Virus record (IMG/VR): IMGVR_UViG_3300031566_000123 | Strand: one strand, 5' to 3' | Length of the DNA stretch: 41,799 nt | From: a virus | Shown: positions 35,242 to 41,799 of the stretch, one piece after another | Layout of the letters: every line of letters starts with the position of its first letter | How positions within the stretch are numbered: the stretch's first letter is position 1 | The notes under the pieces: generated by a model | What the model was told of the DNA's origin: nothing | Seen by the model: the letters and a program-made list of their open reading frames with translations, nothing else | The model's database searches: none | Program-made: the position numbers and the translations under genes

Positions 35242-35889
35242 CTATACCGTTGCCGTGCAAACATGTAAGGTTAGTTCAGCGGTAGCCCAACAAAGCTGTC
35301 CAAGTGCCACATTCGCAGCAGGTAGCGCAGCCTCATTAGCTACGGTCATGACCACAAGGTCAGTGGCTTCTTGTAGGTCAAAGTCCACAGCTGCATCAGG
35401 AACCCCAATATCATCAAGAGCCATAGAAGCAGCTACCTCAGCTGGAGTTCTGCCCTCAAGACCAAGAGTTGTAAACCTTGCCAGTTCTGTATCTGCGGGT
35501 TGATTAGTAGTGCCATCAACCGTAACTAGATGGTTGTCTGTAATCGCATGGTTGATAGCATGAATGTGGTCAGCCCTAGCAAAAGTATGAGCTACACCCA
35601 CACCAGCAGCCACTACTGCGGATATCTCAGCACCAGCAGCAGAGTCCAATGGGTCGCTTCCATCCTGCGGGTCATGTGAATCCTTGTGCGCCGCTGGAGC
35701 TGCTGGAGCTGCCCACTTTATCCCCGTAGCCTCACCAGAGTCGGCGGTCAATACATGGTCATTACTCCCAATGCTCAGGATTAGTGGCGTATCGTCTGCC
35801 GATGCGGAGATTAGGTCTCCCTTTGCAGCCATAAAGGCTTCGGTAATTACATCATCCTCGTAAGCTATCTTCTTCCAAGTTATAGCCAT
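35242..35889 (-). CDS. Tail fibre or collar-like protein (215 aa)
   Basis: KGDLISASADDTPLILSIGSNDHVLTADSGEATGIKWA matches a motif I associate with phage fibre N-termini. GAAGGAGGCTAAAAT precedes the ATG. Confidence 0.5.
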   Translation of the reverse strand: MAITWKKIAYEDDVITEAFMAAKGDLISASADDTPLILSIGSNDHVLTADSGEATGIKWAAPAAPAAHKDSHDPQDGSDPLDSAAGAEISAVVAAGVGVAHTFARADHIHAINHAITDNHLVTVDGTTNQPADTELARFTTLGLEGRTPAEVAASMALDDIGVPDAAVDFDLQEATDLVVMTVANEAALPAANVALGQLCWATAELTLHVCTATV

Positions 35890-35902
35890 ATTTTAGCCTC
35901 CT

Positions 35903-36058
35903 TCATTTAGTTTCCATTATTGTTATTATACCTTTCTCATGGTCAACAAGTACCTGCGGTTTGTCCAAAATCACTGTTACAGGTGGAGATTTGCCCTTAG
36001 CTGGGTCACCTCCAATATAAACAGTAGACATGGTTTTCAACCATATTGTTATTTGCAT
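35903..36058 (-). CDS. Small hypothetical protein (51 aa), below the ORF-track cutoff
   Basis: TAAGGAGGGCTT precedes the ATG at 36058. Fills the 35890-36067 gap. Confidence 0.5.
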   Translation of the reverse strand: MQITIWLKTMSTVYIGGDPAKGKSPPVTVILDKPQVLVDHEKGIITIMETK

Positions 36059-36067
36059 AAGCCCTCC

Positions 36068-36535
36068 TTACTCGGTTGCCACATACACATGGTCATCATC
36101 CGAGTCATAAAATACGGTTCCCTCTGCACCTGATGATGATGGTTTTGGGGTTAACTTCAACTCACCATCTGCCAACCTGCCCTCGGTTGTCAGGATTTCC
36201 CCTAGTGTATCCAAAACCTGTATGGTTTTACCATCAGTATGGAGCGAATGGTCAGCACCTAATGACATATCTTGTGGGATTAACTTGCGGGCAGTACCAC
36301 CACTTGGAGTTAGGTAGAGGTTCACCGCCTCAGTGGTTGTATTGGTATTGACAAGGATAATAGCTAGAACACTCACTGTTGCACCTGCAGTGTATAAGTC
36401 CCCAATGCTGGATGGTAGTTGTCCATCAGCTAATTGGGTTACCGTAGTACCAACGATGCCATGGAGCGTATAGTCTACCTTACTGGCAGTAGTTGTATCA
36501 CCCTGTATTTTATCTCCATTATCTAATGCAATCAT
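36068..36535 (-). CDS. Hypothetical virion protein (155 aa)
   Basis: GGAGGATAAC precedes the ATG. Confidence 0.55.
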   Translation of the reverse strand: MIALDNGDKIQGDTTTASKVDYTLHGIVGTTVTQLADGQLPSSIGDLYTAGATVSVLAIILVNTNTTTEAVNLYLTPSGGTARKLIPQDMSLGADHSLHTDGKTIQVLDTLGEILTTEGRLADGELKLTPKPSSSGAEGTVFYDSDDDHVYVATE

Positions 36536-36536
36536 G

Positions 36537-36872
36537 TTATCCTCCTACCACCAAAGCCCACCTTAGCGCCTCAGCATCGGTATATGCACCGCCACCAATG
36601 TTATCATCCACATATTTCTTGGTGGCAGGTTCATAATCGGCATCAGGAGTGAACGCACCAACATTTTCCCTGTATAGGTAGCGGGCATCACCTCTAGTAT
36701 TAGTGTGATATTGAGAATGGTCATCATCTGCTAACCCAGCTAGTTCACCATGGTCTACTGCTTTTACTTTCCACATACCTGTGGCATCATCCCAATAGAG
36801 GAAATAATTATCGGTAGGAGTAGGTACATGGACATCCTGCAACATATTTAGCTTGGTTGGTACCTTTATCAT
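36537..36872 (-). CDS. Fibre-associated protein (111 aa) with an HGELAGL..DDHSQYH motif
   Basis: I associate this motif with phage fibre proteins. ATGA overlap upstream. Confidence 0.45.
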   Translation of the reverse strand: MIKVPTKLNMLQDVHVPTPTDNYFLYWDDATGMWKVKAVDHGELAGLADDDHSQYHTNTRGDARYLYRENVGAFTPDADYEPATKKYVDDNIGGGAYTDAEALRWALVVGG

Positions 36873-37162
36873 ACCTTGGTATACCTCCCACTGTAACCAA
36901 TCGGATGTGCTTCACCACCTACATTCTTAACTCGTATCCTGTCAGTGTAGGTGATGTCAAACCCAAATCGGGCATAGATACCAGCATCAGTAGCGGAATC
37001 AAAATCTACCTCATTGGTGCCGTCGTAAAATTGGATTTCTATATCATCCTCGTAGTAGATGTTACTTACCACAGCTTCCTTACCCTCAGCAGGTCTAATA
37101 TCCAGATAAGCATTATTTTCTATGGATTGGTTATCTGAAAACACATCTCCAACATTTGGCAT
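36869..37162 (-). CDS. Hypothetical late protein (97 aa)
   Basis: TAATG overlap; AGGAGGTAAGC upstream. Confidence 0.5.
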   Translation of the reverse strand: MPNVGDVFSDNQSIENNAYLDIRPAEGKEAVVSNIYYEDDIEIQFYDGTNEVDFDSATDAGIYARFGFDITYTDRIRVKNVGGEAHPIGYSGRYTKV

Positions 37163-37449
37163 TAGTTCTGCTTACCTCCTGATTGGAATTTCGCCTGCAT
37201 CATTCGGCGTAGGTTCTCCTCAGCATCCTCACCGTGTAGATGGAACTTGTCCATACCAAACCTAATCATTTTGTCTAGGAAATTATCCAACAATCTACCA
37301 AAATCCATTTCGCTGATTGGGATGCCAAAAACCATCATACCAGATTCGGCGGTTGTCCACGAACCTAGGTTTTCCATGAAATTATCAACATCTACCTCAT
37401 TACCACCAACCAGCACTATCATAAATTTACTTTCCCTTGTTTCGGACAT
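37162..37449 (-). CDS. Hypothetical late protein (95 aa)
   Basis: In the operon; ATG at 37449. Confidence 0.5.
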   Translation of the reverse strand: MSETRESKFMIVLVGGNEVDVDNFMENLGSWTTAESGMMVFGIPISEMDFGRLLDNFLDKMIRFGMDKFHLHGEDAEENLRRMMQAKFQSGGKQN

Positions 37450-37600
37450 CGTTCACTACCTTTGGTATTACATACCCACCTAACCCTGCCACCGCTGCAA
37501 TTATGATGTATAGGAGTTTGGAGTCTGGCTGGGTGCATAGGATACCAATACCTAATAGCGTTAGACATACGATGGATACTACTATTGGAACTACCTTCAT
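37427..37600 (-). CDS. Two-TM small membrane protein, holin-like (57 aa), below the ORF-track cutoff
   Basis: AGGAGGCAAT precedes the ATG at 37600. Two hydrophobic stretches (VVPIVVSIVCLTLLGIGIL and LLYIIIAAVAGLGGYVI) and a basic tail. Confidence 0.5.
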   Translation of the reverse strand: MKVVPIVVSIVCLTLLGIGILCTQPDSKLLYIIIAAVAGLGGYVIPKVVNDVRNKGK

Positions 37601-37738
37601 ATTGCCTCCTTGCTGGCTATCACGCCCAACCTCTTGGTAATCTTCTTTTATACCTCATCCCCCGCCTACCAACTCTCATAACCTGCGCTTTCATGAGGTT
37701 ATGCCTACCCGCAGCACGCTGTCTGAGAGTTGCTCTCC

Positions 37739-37951
37739 TCACTTTTTACCTTCATGCTGTTTTACTAGCATATCCATTATACCTTCCAACTTTGCTACGT
37801 GGCGGGAAATGCCGTCTACCTTTGCAACCAACCCATCGTTAATAGTTTCATCCAGGTGTTGGACTTTTTGACTAACTTTACCATATACATAAACCCAGGT
37901 TATAATGTTTATTAGGACAAATACCCCAGCTCCGATTACATATTCCGACAC
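37739..37951 (-). CDS. Single-TM membrane protein with a coiled-coil tail (70 aa, GTG start)
   Basis: GGAGGTATTTA precedes the GTG. N-terminal segment VIGAGVFVLINIITWVYVY. Confidence 0.5.
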   Translation of the reverse strand: MSEYVIGAGVFVLINIITWVYVYGKVSQKVQHLDETINDGLVAKVDGISRHVAKLEGIMDMLVKQHEGKK

Positions 37952-38460
37952 TAAATACCTCCTCTGGTTATAATCATCTCCTCTTTCTCACGGCGGATTT
38001 CAAATACCATTTTGGTGAAATCAAACCCCGTTTGTGTTGCTTCTCCTACCAACTGCTGGATAATAGCATATTGTTGAGGAGTGTAGAAGGAACGGATTTT
38101 GAGTAGGTATTGGTTTTCCCTATCTGTTAATTTCTCAGGTTGTTGGACGCTTTTGGAGAGGACTTGGAAGTCCTTTTCCAACGCTAACCGAAAATTTCGG
38201 CTGAATTCAATGTTGAGGTACTCCGCACCGACATTTTTCTTGAGTTGCATGAGACCTGTGGTATCTAGGATGGCAAAGTCCTCATCCTCCTCACGCCACC
38301 TTTTGACGGTTCTTTCGGATATGCCAGCAAGGTTGATGGCTTCTCGGAGTGTAAAACCCACCGCACGGTAGCTTAGGTAGTTAGACTTCCTTGTGTTGTC
38401 TGGGTAGTAAGGAAGCATCCCTTCAACCGTCTGCGCCGTTTGTGGAACTAAATCATTCAT
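37951..38460 (-). CDS. HTH DNA-binding protein, first gene of the late operon (169 aa; possible small terminase or late regulator)
   Basis: YRAVGFTLREAINLAGISERTVKRWRE is an HTH-like segment. The ATG at 38460 lies 8 nt after the -10 box, so the mRNA looks leaderless. Confidence 0.5.
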   Translation of the reverse strand: MNDLVPQTAQTVEGMLPYYPDNTRKSNYLSYRAVGFTLREAINLAGISERTVKRWREEDEDFAILDTTGLMQLKKNVGAEYLNIEFSRNFRLALEKDFQVLSKSVQQPEKLTDRENQYLLKIRSFYTPQQYAIIQQLVGEATQTGFDFTKMVFEIRREKEEMIITRGGI

Positions 38461-38467
38461 TACAACC

Positions 38468-38496
38468 ACTATAACATACTCAGTATATTATGTCAA
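38468..38496 (-). promoter_or_regulatory. Leftward late-operon promoter TTGACA-N17-(TGT)TATAGT
   Basis: Minus strand: TTGACA at 38496-38491, a 17-nt spacer, TATAGT at 38473-38468, then 7 nt, then the ATG at 38460. Confidence 0.7.
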
Positions 38497-38677
38497 GTAT
38501 TTGTCAAGGGATTGCTATGTTTTGTCAAATTTGTTGTACGCTCATAAGTCACGCCATTCGTGCAAATTTCGTCGCTACGGCGTGTTTGACAGTGTAGCCA
38601 GTGTTTTGCTAGTCTATGGCATTTTTAGCCGCCAATTTGACGCTCAGGGCGAGTATTATGTCAAATGTTATGTCGTG

Positions 38678-38706
38678 TTGACATGTATTACATTATATGT
38701 TATACT
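38678..38706 (+). promoter_or_regulatory. Rightward promoter TTGACA-N17-(TGT)TATACT
   Basis: TTGACA at 38678-38683, a 17-nt spacer, TATACT at 38701-38706, then 7 nt, then the ATG at 38714. Confidence 0.7.
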
Positions 38707-38713
38707 TAATTAC

Positions 38714-38887
38714 ATGATAATTGAAGAGGAGAAATGCCAGGTGGGTGGAGAGTGGATAAGGATTATAGAGGAGATGCTTGAAAATCTAAAAAACCGCAGG
38801 GATGTTATAGAGGGTGGTATTATAAAATTGGAAAAAAGGTTAACTGAGGACAAAATCAAATATGCTAAGTTAAGGAGGGAGGGATAA
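38714..38887 (+). CDS. Small coiled-coil protein (57 aa), apparently leaderless
   Basis: The ATG sits at the predicted transcription start and has no Shine-Dalgarno site. The longer track ORF (from 38501) would run through the promoter region. Confidence 0.5.
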   Translation: MIIEEEKCQVGGEWIRIIEEMLENLKNRRDVIEGGIIKLEKRLTEDKIKYAKLRREG

Positions 38888-38890
38888 TAC

Positions 38891-39343
38891 ATGGATGTAT
38901 GGATGACTTGGTGCAAGCGCAAAGCGAGTTGTAGGTACTGTGAACAACCTATATCCAAAGCGACGCCAATGGTTGTGGGTAAAATCTGGCGGAAGGGTGA
39001 TAATTCCTCCCGCAAGTTTAATATTAAGTTATACTGGCACCCTGAATGTTGGGTGAAGAACGGATTGGATTACCTCCGCATGCACCCTTATTCACACGGC
39101 AAACATGCTACCAAGCGGCTGGGATTGTTACCAGAGGAACTTGTGGAAAGGAACAAGCTCCTGCGCCGCTATGGGAGTGCAAAGTCACGGTTGGGTAAAC
39201 TCACCAACTCATCCGGTGATGTATTGCGGGTTATTAGACTGGAAACTAGGATGAAAAGCATCATGGCGGAAATCTCGCAGTTAGGAGGTATACCAAAAGG
39301 ATGGAAAAATGTATCCACCACTGGGTCCGAGACCCTGATGTAG
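38891..39343 (+). CDS. Cys/His-rich, putative zinc-binding protein (150 aa)
   Basis: AAGGAGGGAGGGATAATAC precedes the ATG. CRYCEQ...HPEC. Confidence 0.6.
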   Translation: MDVWMTWCKRKASCRYCEQPISKATPMVVGKIWRKGDNSSRKFNIKLYWHPECWVKNGLDYLRMHPYSHGKHATKRLGLLPEELVERNKLLRRYGSAKSRLGKLTNSSGDVLRVIRLETRMKSIMAEISQLGGIPKGWKNVSTTGSETLM

Positions 39344-39480
39344 TAAAACCTAACTACGCATTATTTAGGTGTGTGAAGTGTAAGGAGACTCGGTGGTTTA
39401 TTGTAGACTATGCTGCTGCGGTGTGGGCAACCTATCGCCATGGTAGGGCGGAACACCGCTCGGAGGAGTCTACGGAATAA
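39301..39480 (+). CDS. Zinc-ribbon-like mini-protein (59 aa), below the ORF-track cutoff
   Basis: AGGAGG lies 12 nt upstream of the ATG at 39301. CIHH...CVKC. Overlaps the upstream gene by 43 nt in another frame. Confidence 0.4.
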   Translation: MEKCIHHWVRDPDVVKPNYALFRCVKCKETRWFIVDYAAAVWATYRHGRAEHRSEESTE

Positions 39481-39970
39481 CTATAAAGGATGTCAATGCC
39501 GACAGGGAGACTAACAGCTAACGGCACTATAATGTAAACTTGGGGGTTCACCGAGCCAAGTAAAACAACGAGTGAATAACCTAACGGCGGAGGTGGGGCG
39601 GGTAATACATAATTCGGAGCGAATGAATGAAGGTTGACAGATTGGTGGTTTGGATAATTTGCGCTTGAGGAGGTAACAATCAAGCCTATACTCATAATAC
39701 TCGTACCCGTGGTATGCCAAAACCTTACAATTCGTATGGTTGTTAGCTCCTGCCACGCCCTAGCCGTGTTATACAATTACTAAACGGGATGCTTACTGCT
39801 GGTATATTAACTTGACATAACGCTCGTATTGTAAGCGTGTTTAAGGCATGTAAAACGGGGCGCATGTAGTGTAGTAGATTGTGTTTTTACGAAGGACATT
39901 ATGTCAAGTTGTATTGATGCTAACGAGGTTGCATATTAGTAGTATGACTGCCCCAAGTGAGGTAAAAGAA
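39481..39970. other. About 490 nt non-coding region with GC-rich patches and two copies of the TTGACATAA motif
   Basis: No ORF with a Shine-Dalgarno site on either strand. Bounded on the right by the bidirectional terminator. Confidence 0.5.
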
Positions 39971-40001
39971 GAGGGCGTACTTGCAACATTAGTACGCCCT
40001 C
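39971..40001. terminator. Bidirectional intrinsic terminator
   Basis: GAGGGCGTAC (39971-39980) pairs with GTACGCCCTC (39992-40001) around an 11-nt loop. It is flanked by AAAAGAA upstream and AATCTTTGTT downstream. It sits 12 nt beyond the stop of the minus gene 40014-40544. Confidence 0.75.
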
Positions 40002-40013
40002 AATCTTTGTTAG

Positions 40014-40544
40014 CTATGCTATCCCGGCATTTGCATTCACTAGGCCCTCAGCAATCGCTCTGTCACGGCATTTGCACTTGACACGCCACTGCGAACTATT
40101 GGCATTCTTTTCGCCCGTGTGACTATCGAACTCAGCCAATTCCTCAGCATTAGCGAATTTGTCAAACACTTCTGATAATGCCATGCCAGTCATTTCCTTT
40201 GTTGTTTTGAACTCAATAGTAGCCACTTTCGCTATGCCTTTGCCAAGCAGTTTGAAGTCAACGCCGTCTTCAGTATCGCCTATGTGTTTGCACGTGAAAC
40301 CTTCAAGGTCTAGCTCATGTAACTGGGGCAGTAAGTTAACGAGCAGTGGCTTTACAAGCTCCAAAACATCAGAAGTGAGTTGTGTAATTTTGGCTTGCCT
40401 TTCAACGGCGATGATTTTAGCTAACTCAATCTTTTTGGCTTTAATTGTGTCACCTATTATCAATAGGCTGTCAACATCATCGCCGCCCTGGCTGAGTTGT
40501 TGACGTAGTTCAATGATTTGTCCTTCAAGTTCTTTCGCTGTCAT
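40014..40544 (-). CDS. Stand-alone minus-strand gene (176 aa, N-terminal coiled coil), unknown function
   Basis: It has its own promoter (40630-40601), a Shine-Dalgarno site (AGAGGGGGTAAA) and a terminator. It is embedded among plus-strand genes. Confidence 0.65.
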   Translation of the reverse strand: MTAKELEGQIIELRQQLSQGGDDVDSLLIIGDTIKAKKIELAKIIAVERQAKITQLTSDVLELVKPLLVNLLPQLHELDLEGFTCKHIGDTEDGVDFKLLGKGIAKVATIEFKTTKEMTGMALSEVFDKFANAEELAEFDSHTGEKNANSSQWRVKCKCRDRAIAEGLVNANAGIA

Positions 40545-40600
40545 TTTACCCCCTCTATTTAATTTTTAAAGTGCGCTGTTGCCACGAACTCTATGTAGTA

Positions 40601-40630
40601 AGTGTAGCATAGGGTAGAAACTTGTGTCAA
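40601..40630 (-). promoter_or_regulatory. Promoter TTGACA-N18-(TGC)TACACT for gene 40014-40544
   Basis: Minus strand: TTGACA at 40630-40625, an 18-nt spacer, TACACT at 40606-40601. Confidence 0.55.
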
Positions 40631-40764
40631 GTAGCAAAGTGACATAACACTCCAAAATTCGGCATCGGCGCAATTATACTGCTACTAAGCAACCTGCTTA
40701 TTGAAGGTAAGTGGGCCATTGGGTGCCTTTTGAAGCTAGAGCTAAAGGCACGGCGAATGGGAGT

Positions 40765-40802
40765 ATTATGTCAACTTCTTATGTCAAGTTGGATTATGTC
40801 AA
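40765..40802. promoter_or_regulatory. Three tandem (A/C)TTATGTCAA boxes between divergent promoters (candidate operators)
   Basis: Copies at 40765-40774, 40778-40787 and 40793-40802. None has a usable -10 box at 17-18 nt on the strand where it reads TTGACA. Confidence 0.5.
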
Positions 40803-40808
40803 GTAGGC

Positions 40809-40838
40809 TTGACAGCGTCAAACACTCTGTGTTATACT
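40809..40838 (+). promoter_or_regulatory. Early rightward promoter TTGACA-N18-(TGT)TATACT
   Basis: TTGACA at 40809-40814 and TATACT at 40833-40838, preceded by TGT. The predicted +1 at 40845 coincides with an ATG. Confidence 0.65.
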
Positions 40839-40844
40839 AGGTAT

Positions 40845-40925
40845 ATGTCAAACATAGAGCGCAAGGTTCTGCAACCTGAGGAGGACAATAGAGATGAAGG
40901 AATGAATATATTGTTAGAGGGTTAA
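40845..40925 (+). CDS. Possible leaderless mini-ORF (26 aa)
   Basis: The ATG sits exactly at the predicted +1 of the 40809 promoter, as at the two other leaderless starts. My translation: MSNIERKVLQPEEDNRDEGMNILLEG. Confidence 0.3.
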   Translation: MSNIERKVLQPEEDNRDEGMNILLEG

Positions 40926-41009
40926 CCTCCTCCCCTAGCCCATGAGTGGTGGTTTGTGGGTTAGGCTGAGCAGGGTAGCCCAAATCTGACACAGGGAGGT
41001 TTAGAAGGA

Positions 41010-41192
41010 ATGGCAAAAATAGGGAACGAAACAAAGTTAGTCCTGAAGTTAGTTAGGGAGAGGATGGGTAGTCAGAGGGAACACCACAAGCACTTTATTT
41101 ATGGTAAAGATTGGTATGATGGCTACGAGAAGTGTTACTGGGAGTGGTGTCGTACCACAGATAGCGTGGTTGAAGAGCTGGAAATAAAATAA
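41010..41192 (+). CDS. Hypothetical early protein (60 aa)
   Basis: GGGAGGTTTAGAAGGA precedes the ATG. Confidence 0.55.
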   Translation: MAKIGNETKLVLKLVRERMGSQREHHKHFIYGKDWYDGYEKCYWEWCRTTDSVVEELEIK

Positions 41193-41207
41193 GGAGGGTT
41201 AAAAAGA

Positions 41208-41384
41208 ATGGCATTTACCGAACAGGATAAACAAGCTATGGATGACGCAGCGGTTGAGGCGGAGAATGACCTCGTTGAGTATGATGAGGAAGCAATAGAG
41301 CTAATTGCAGGGTGGATGAAGAAGTGGTATATGAAGGCAGGGTACAAAAGGTTAGGTAGGATACTCATTCAATCAGCAAAGTAA
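41208..41384 (+). CDS. Acidic small early protein (58 aa), below the ORF-track cutoff
   Basis: AAGGAGGG lies 9 nt before the ATG at 41208. Fills the 41193-41384 gap. Confidence 0.5.
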   Translation: MAFTEQDKQAMDDAAVEAENDLVEYDEEAIELIAGWMKKWYMKAGYKRLGRILIQSAK

Positions 41385-41408
41385 ATGGTGAATAGGAGGA
41401 ATGGTACA

Positions 41409-41624
41409 ATGACAAGTCATGAGGCAAGGTACCTCATGCGCAAGCTATCTCCTGTGCAGTTGGAGAAGCTGCGGGATGAGGTCAAACAGGGTGCATCACT
41501 AGCGCAGTTTTTGGACAGAGGTTATAAGGCTAGTCTAGCAGGGTTTGTGGTGGATTTTATTGACGGCAAGAACCCAAAAGAGGTTGAGAAGCGGTATCCT
41601 CGCAGGGAGAGGATGTATTCATGA
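41409..41624 (+). CDS. Hypothetical early protein (71 aa; alternative start at 41385)
   Basis: AGGAGG lies 9 nt before the ATG at 41409. Confidence 0.55.
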   Translation: MTSHEARYLMRKLSPVQLEKLRDEVKQGASLAQFLDRGYKASLAGFVVDFIDGKNPKEVEKRYPRRERMYS

Positions 41625-41799
41625 GAAGGTCAAAGCGTATTGGCTCAGTGGTACCATGTGAAGGCATTGACCCACACTTAGGCTCATTCCTTGACTATGG
41701 GGTGATTATAGGATGGCAAGATAAGCATGGTAATAGCTGCCAGCGCAGGGATGCCACCTACGCAATAATAGAACCAGCTGGTGGAAAGTTTGCACCTTG
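41621..41799 (+). CDS. 5' part of the junction-spanning ORF (continues through the repeat to the TGA at 198-200)
   Basis: The ATG at 41621 overlaps the upstream TGA (ATGA). The ORF is open to the window end, and the last 127 nt equal 1-127. Confidence 0.5.
   Translation, partial: MRRSKRIGSVVPCEGIDPHLGSFLDYGVIIGWQDKHGNSCQRRDATYAIIEPAGGKFAP

Noticed and set aside
38501-38713. N-terminal extension of ORF 38501-38887 (128-aa version)
   Set aside because: The extension begins at a non-ATG codon without a Shine-Dalgarno site and runs across the operator boxes and the 38678 promoter. The ATG at 38714, at the predicted transcription start, is more plausible.
39432-39776. 114-aa and 81-aa minus-strand ORFs in the long non-coding region
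   Set aside because: No Shine-Dalgarno site or promoter in front, odd composition, and they partly overlap the better-supported 39301-39480 plus ORF.
1-41799. CRISPR arrays, an integrase or lysogeny module, stop-codon reassignment, inteins or introns in protein genes
   Set aside because: No regularly spaced repeats were seen. No recombinase-like ORF was recognised. Long ORFs are intact under the standard code, and the polymerase and terminase motifs are contiguous.

Overview
The window is one complete genome of a tailed dsDNA phage, about 41.67 kb of unique sequence. Bases 1-127 are repeated exactly at 41673-41799, so the contig closes on itself and one ORF spans the junction. Plus-strand early and replication genes run from about 40845 through the junction to 13902. 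They include many small Cys-rich proteins, a SprT-like HExxH protein, a RepA/AAA_25-like ATPase, a Cas4-like PD-(D/E)XK nuclease, a Sak4-like ATPase, an XPF/ERCC4-like nuclease, an SPPY DNA methyltransferase, a free-standing LAGLIDADG endonuclease and a family A DNA polymerase. A long minus-strand late operon (38460 down to 13915) encodes large terminase, portal, an 1898-aa protein, scaffold, major capsid and fibre or spike-like proteins. I recognised no tape measure, tail tube, integrase or endolysin. Six promoters fit TTGACA-N17/18-(TGn)TAnnnT and strong GGAGG Shine-Dalgarno sites precede most genes, which points to a bacterial host. The most unusual features follow. Two abutting tRNA-like genes carry large internal insertions (5982-6307). 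A spermidine-synthase-like gene and two hyper-basic mini-proteins sit just upstream of terminase. A TTGACATAAT / ATTATGTCAAGT motif family is confined to regulatory gaps, and three first genes look leaderless. A perfect 24-nt repeat links an early ORF to a late-gene start site. All functional calls are motif reading by eye; no searches were run.
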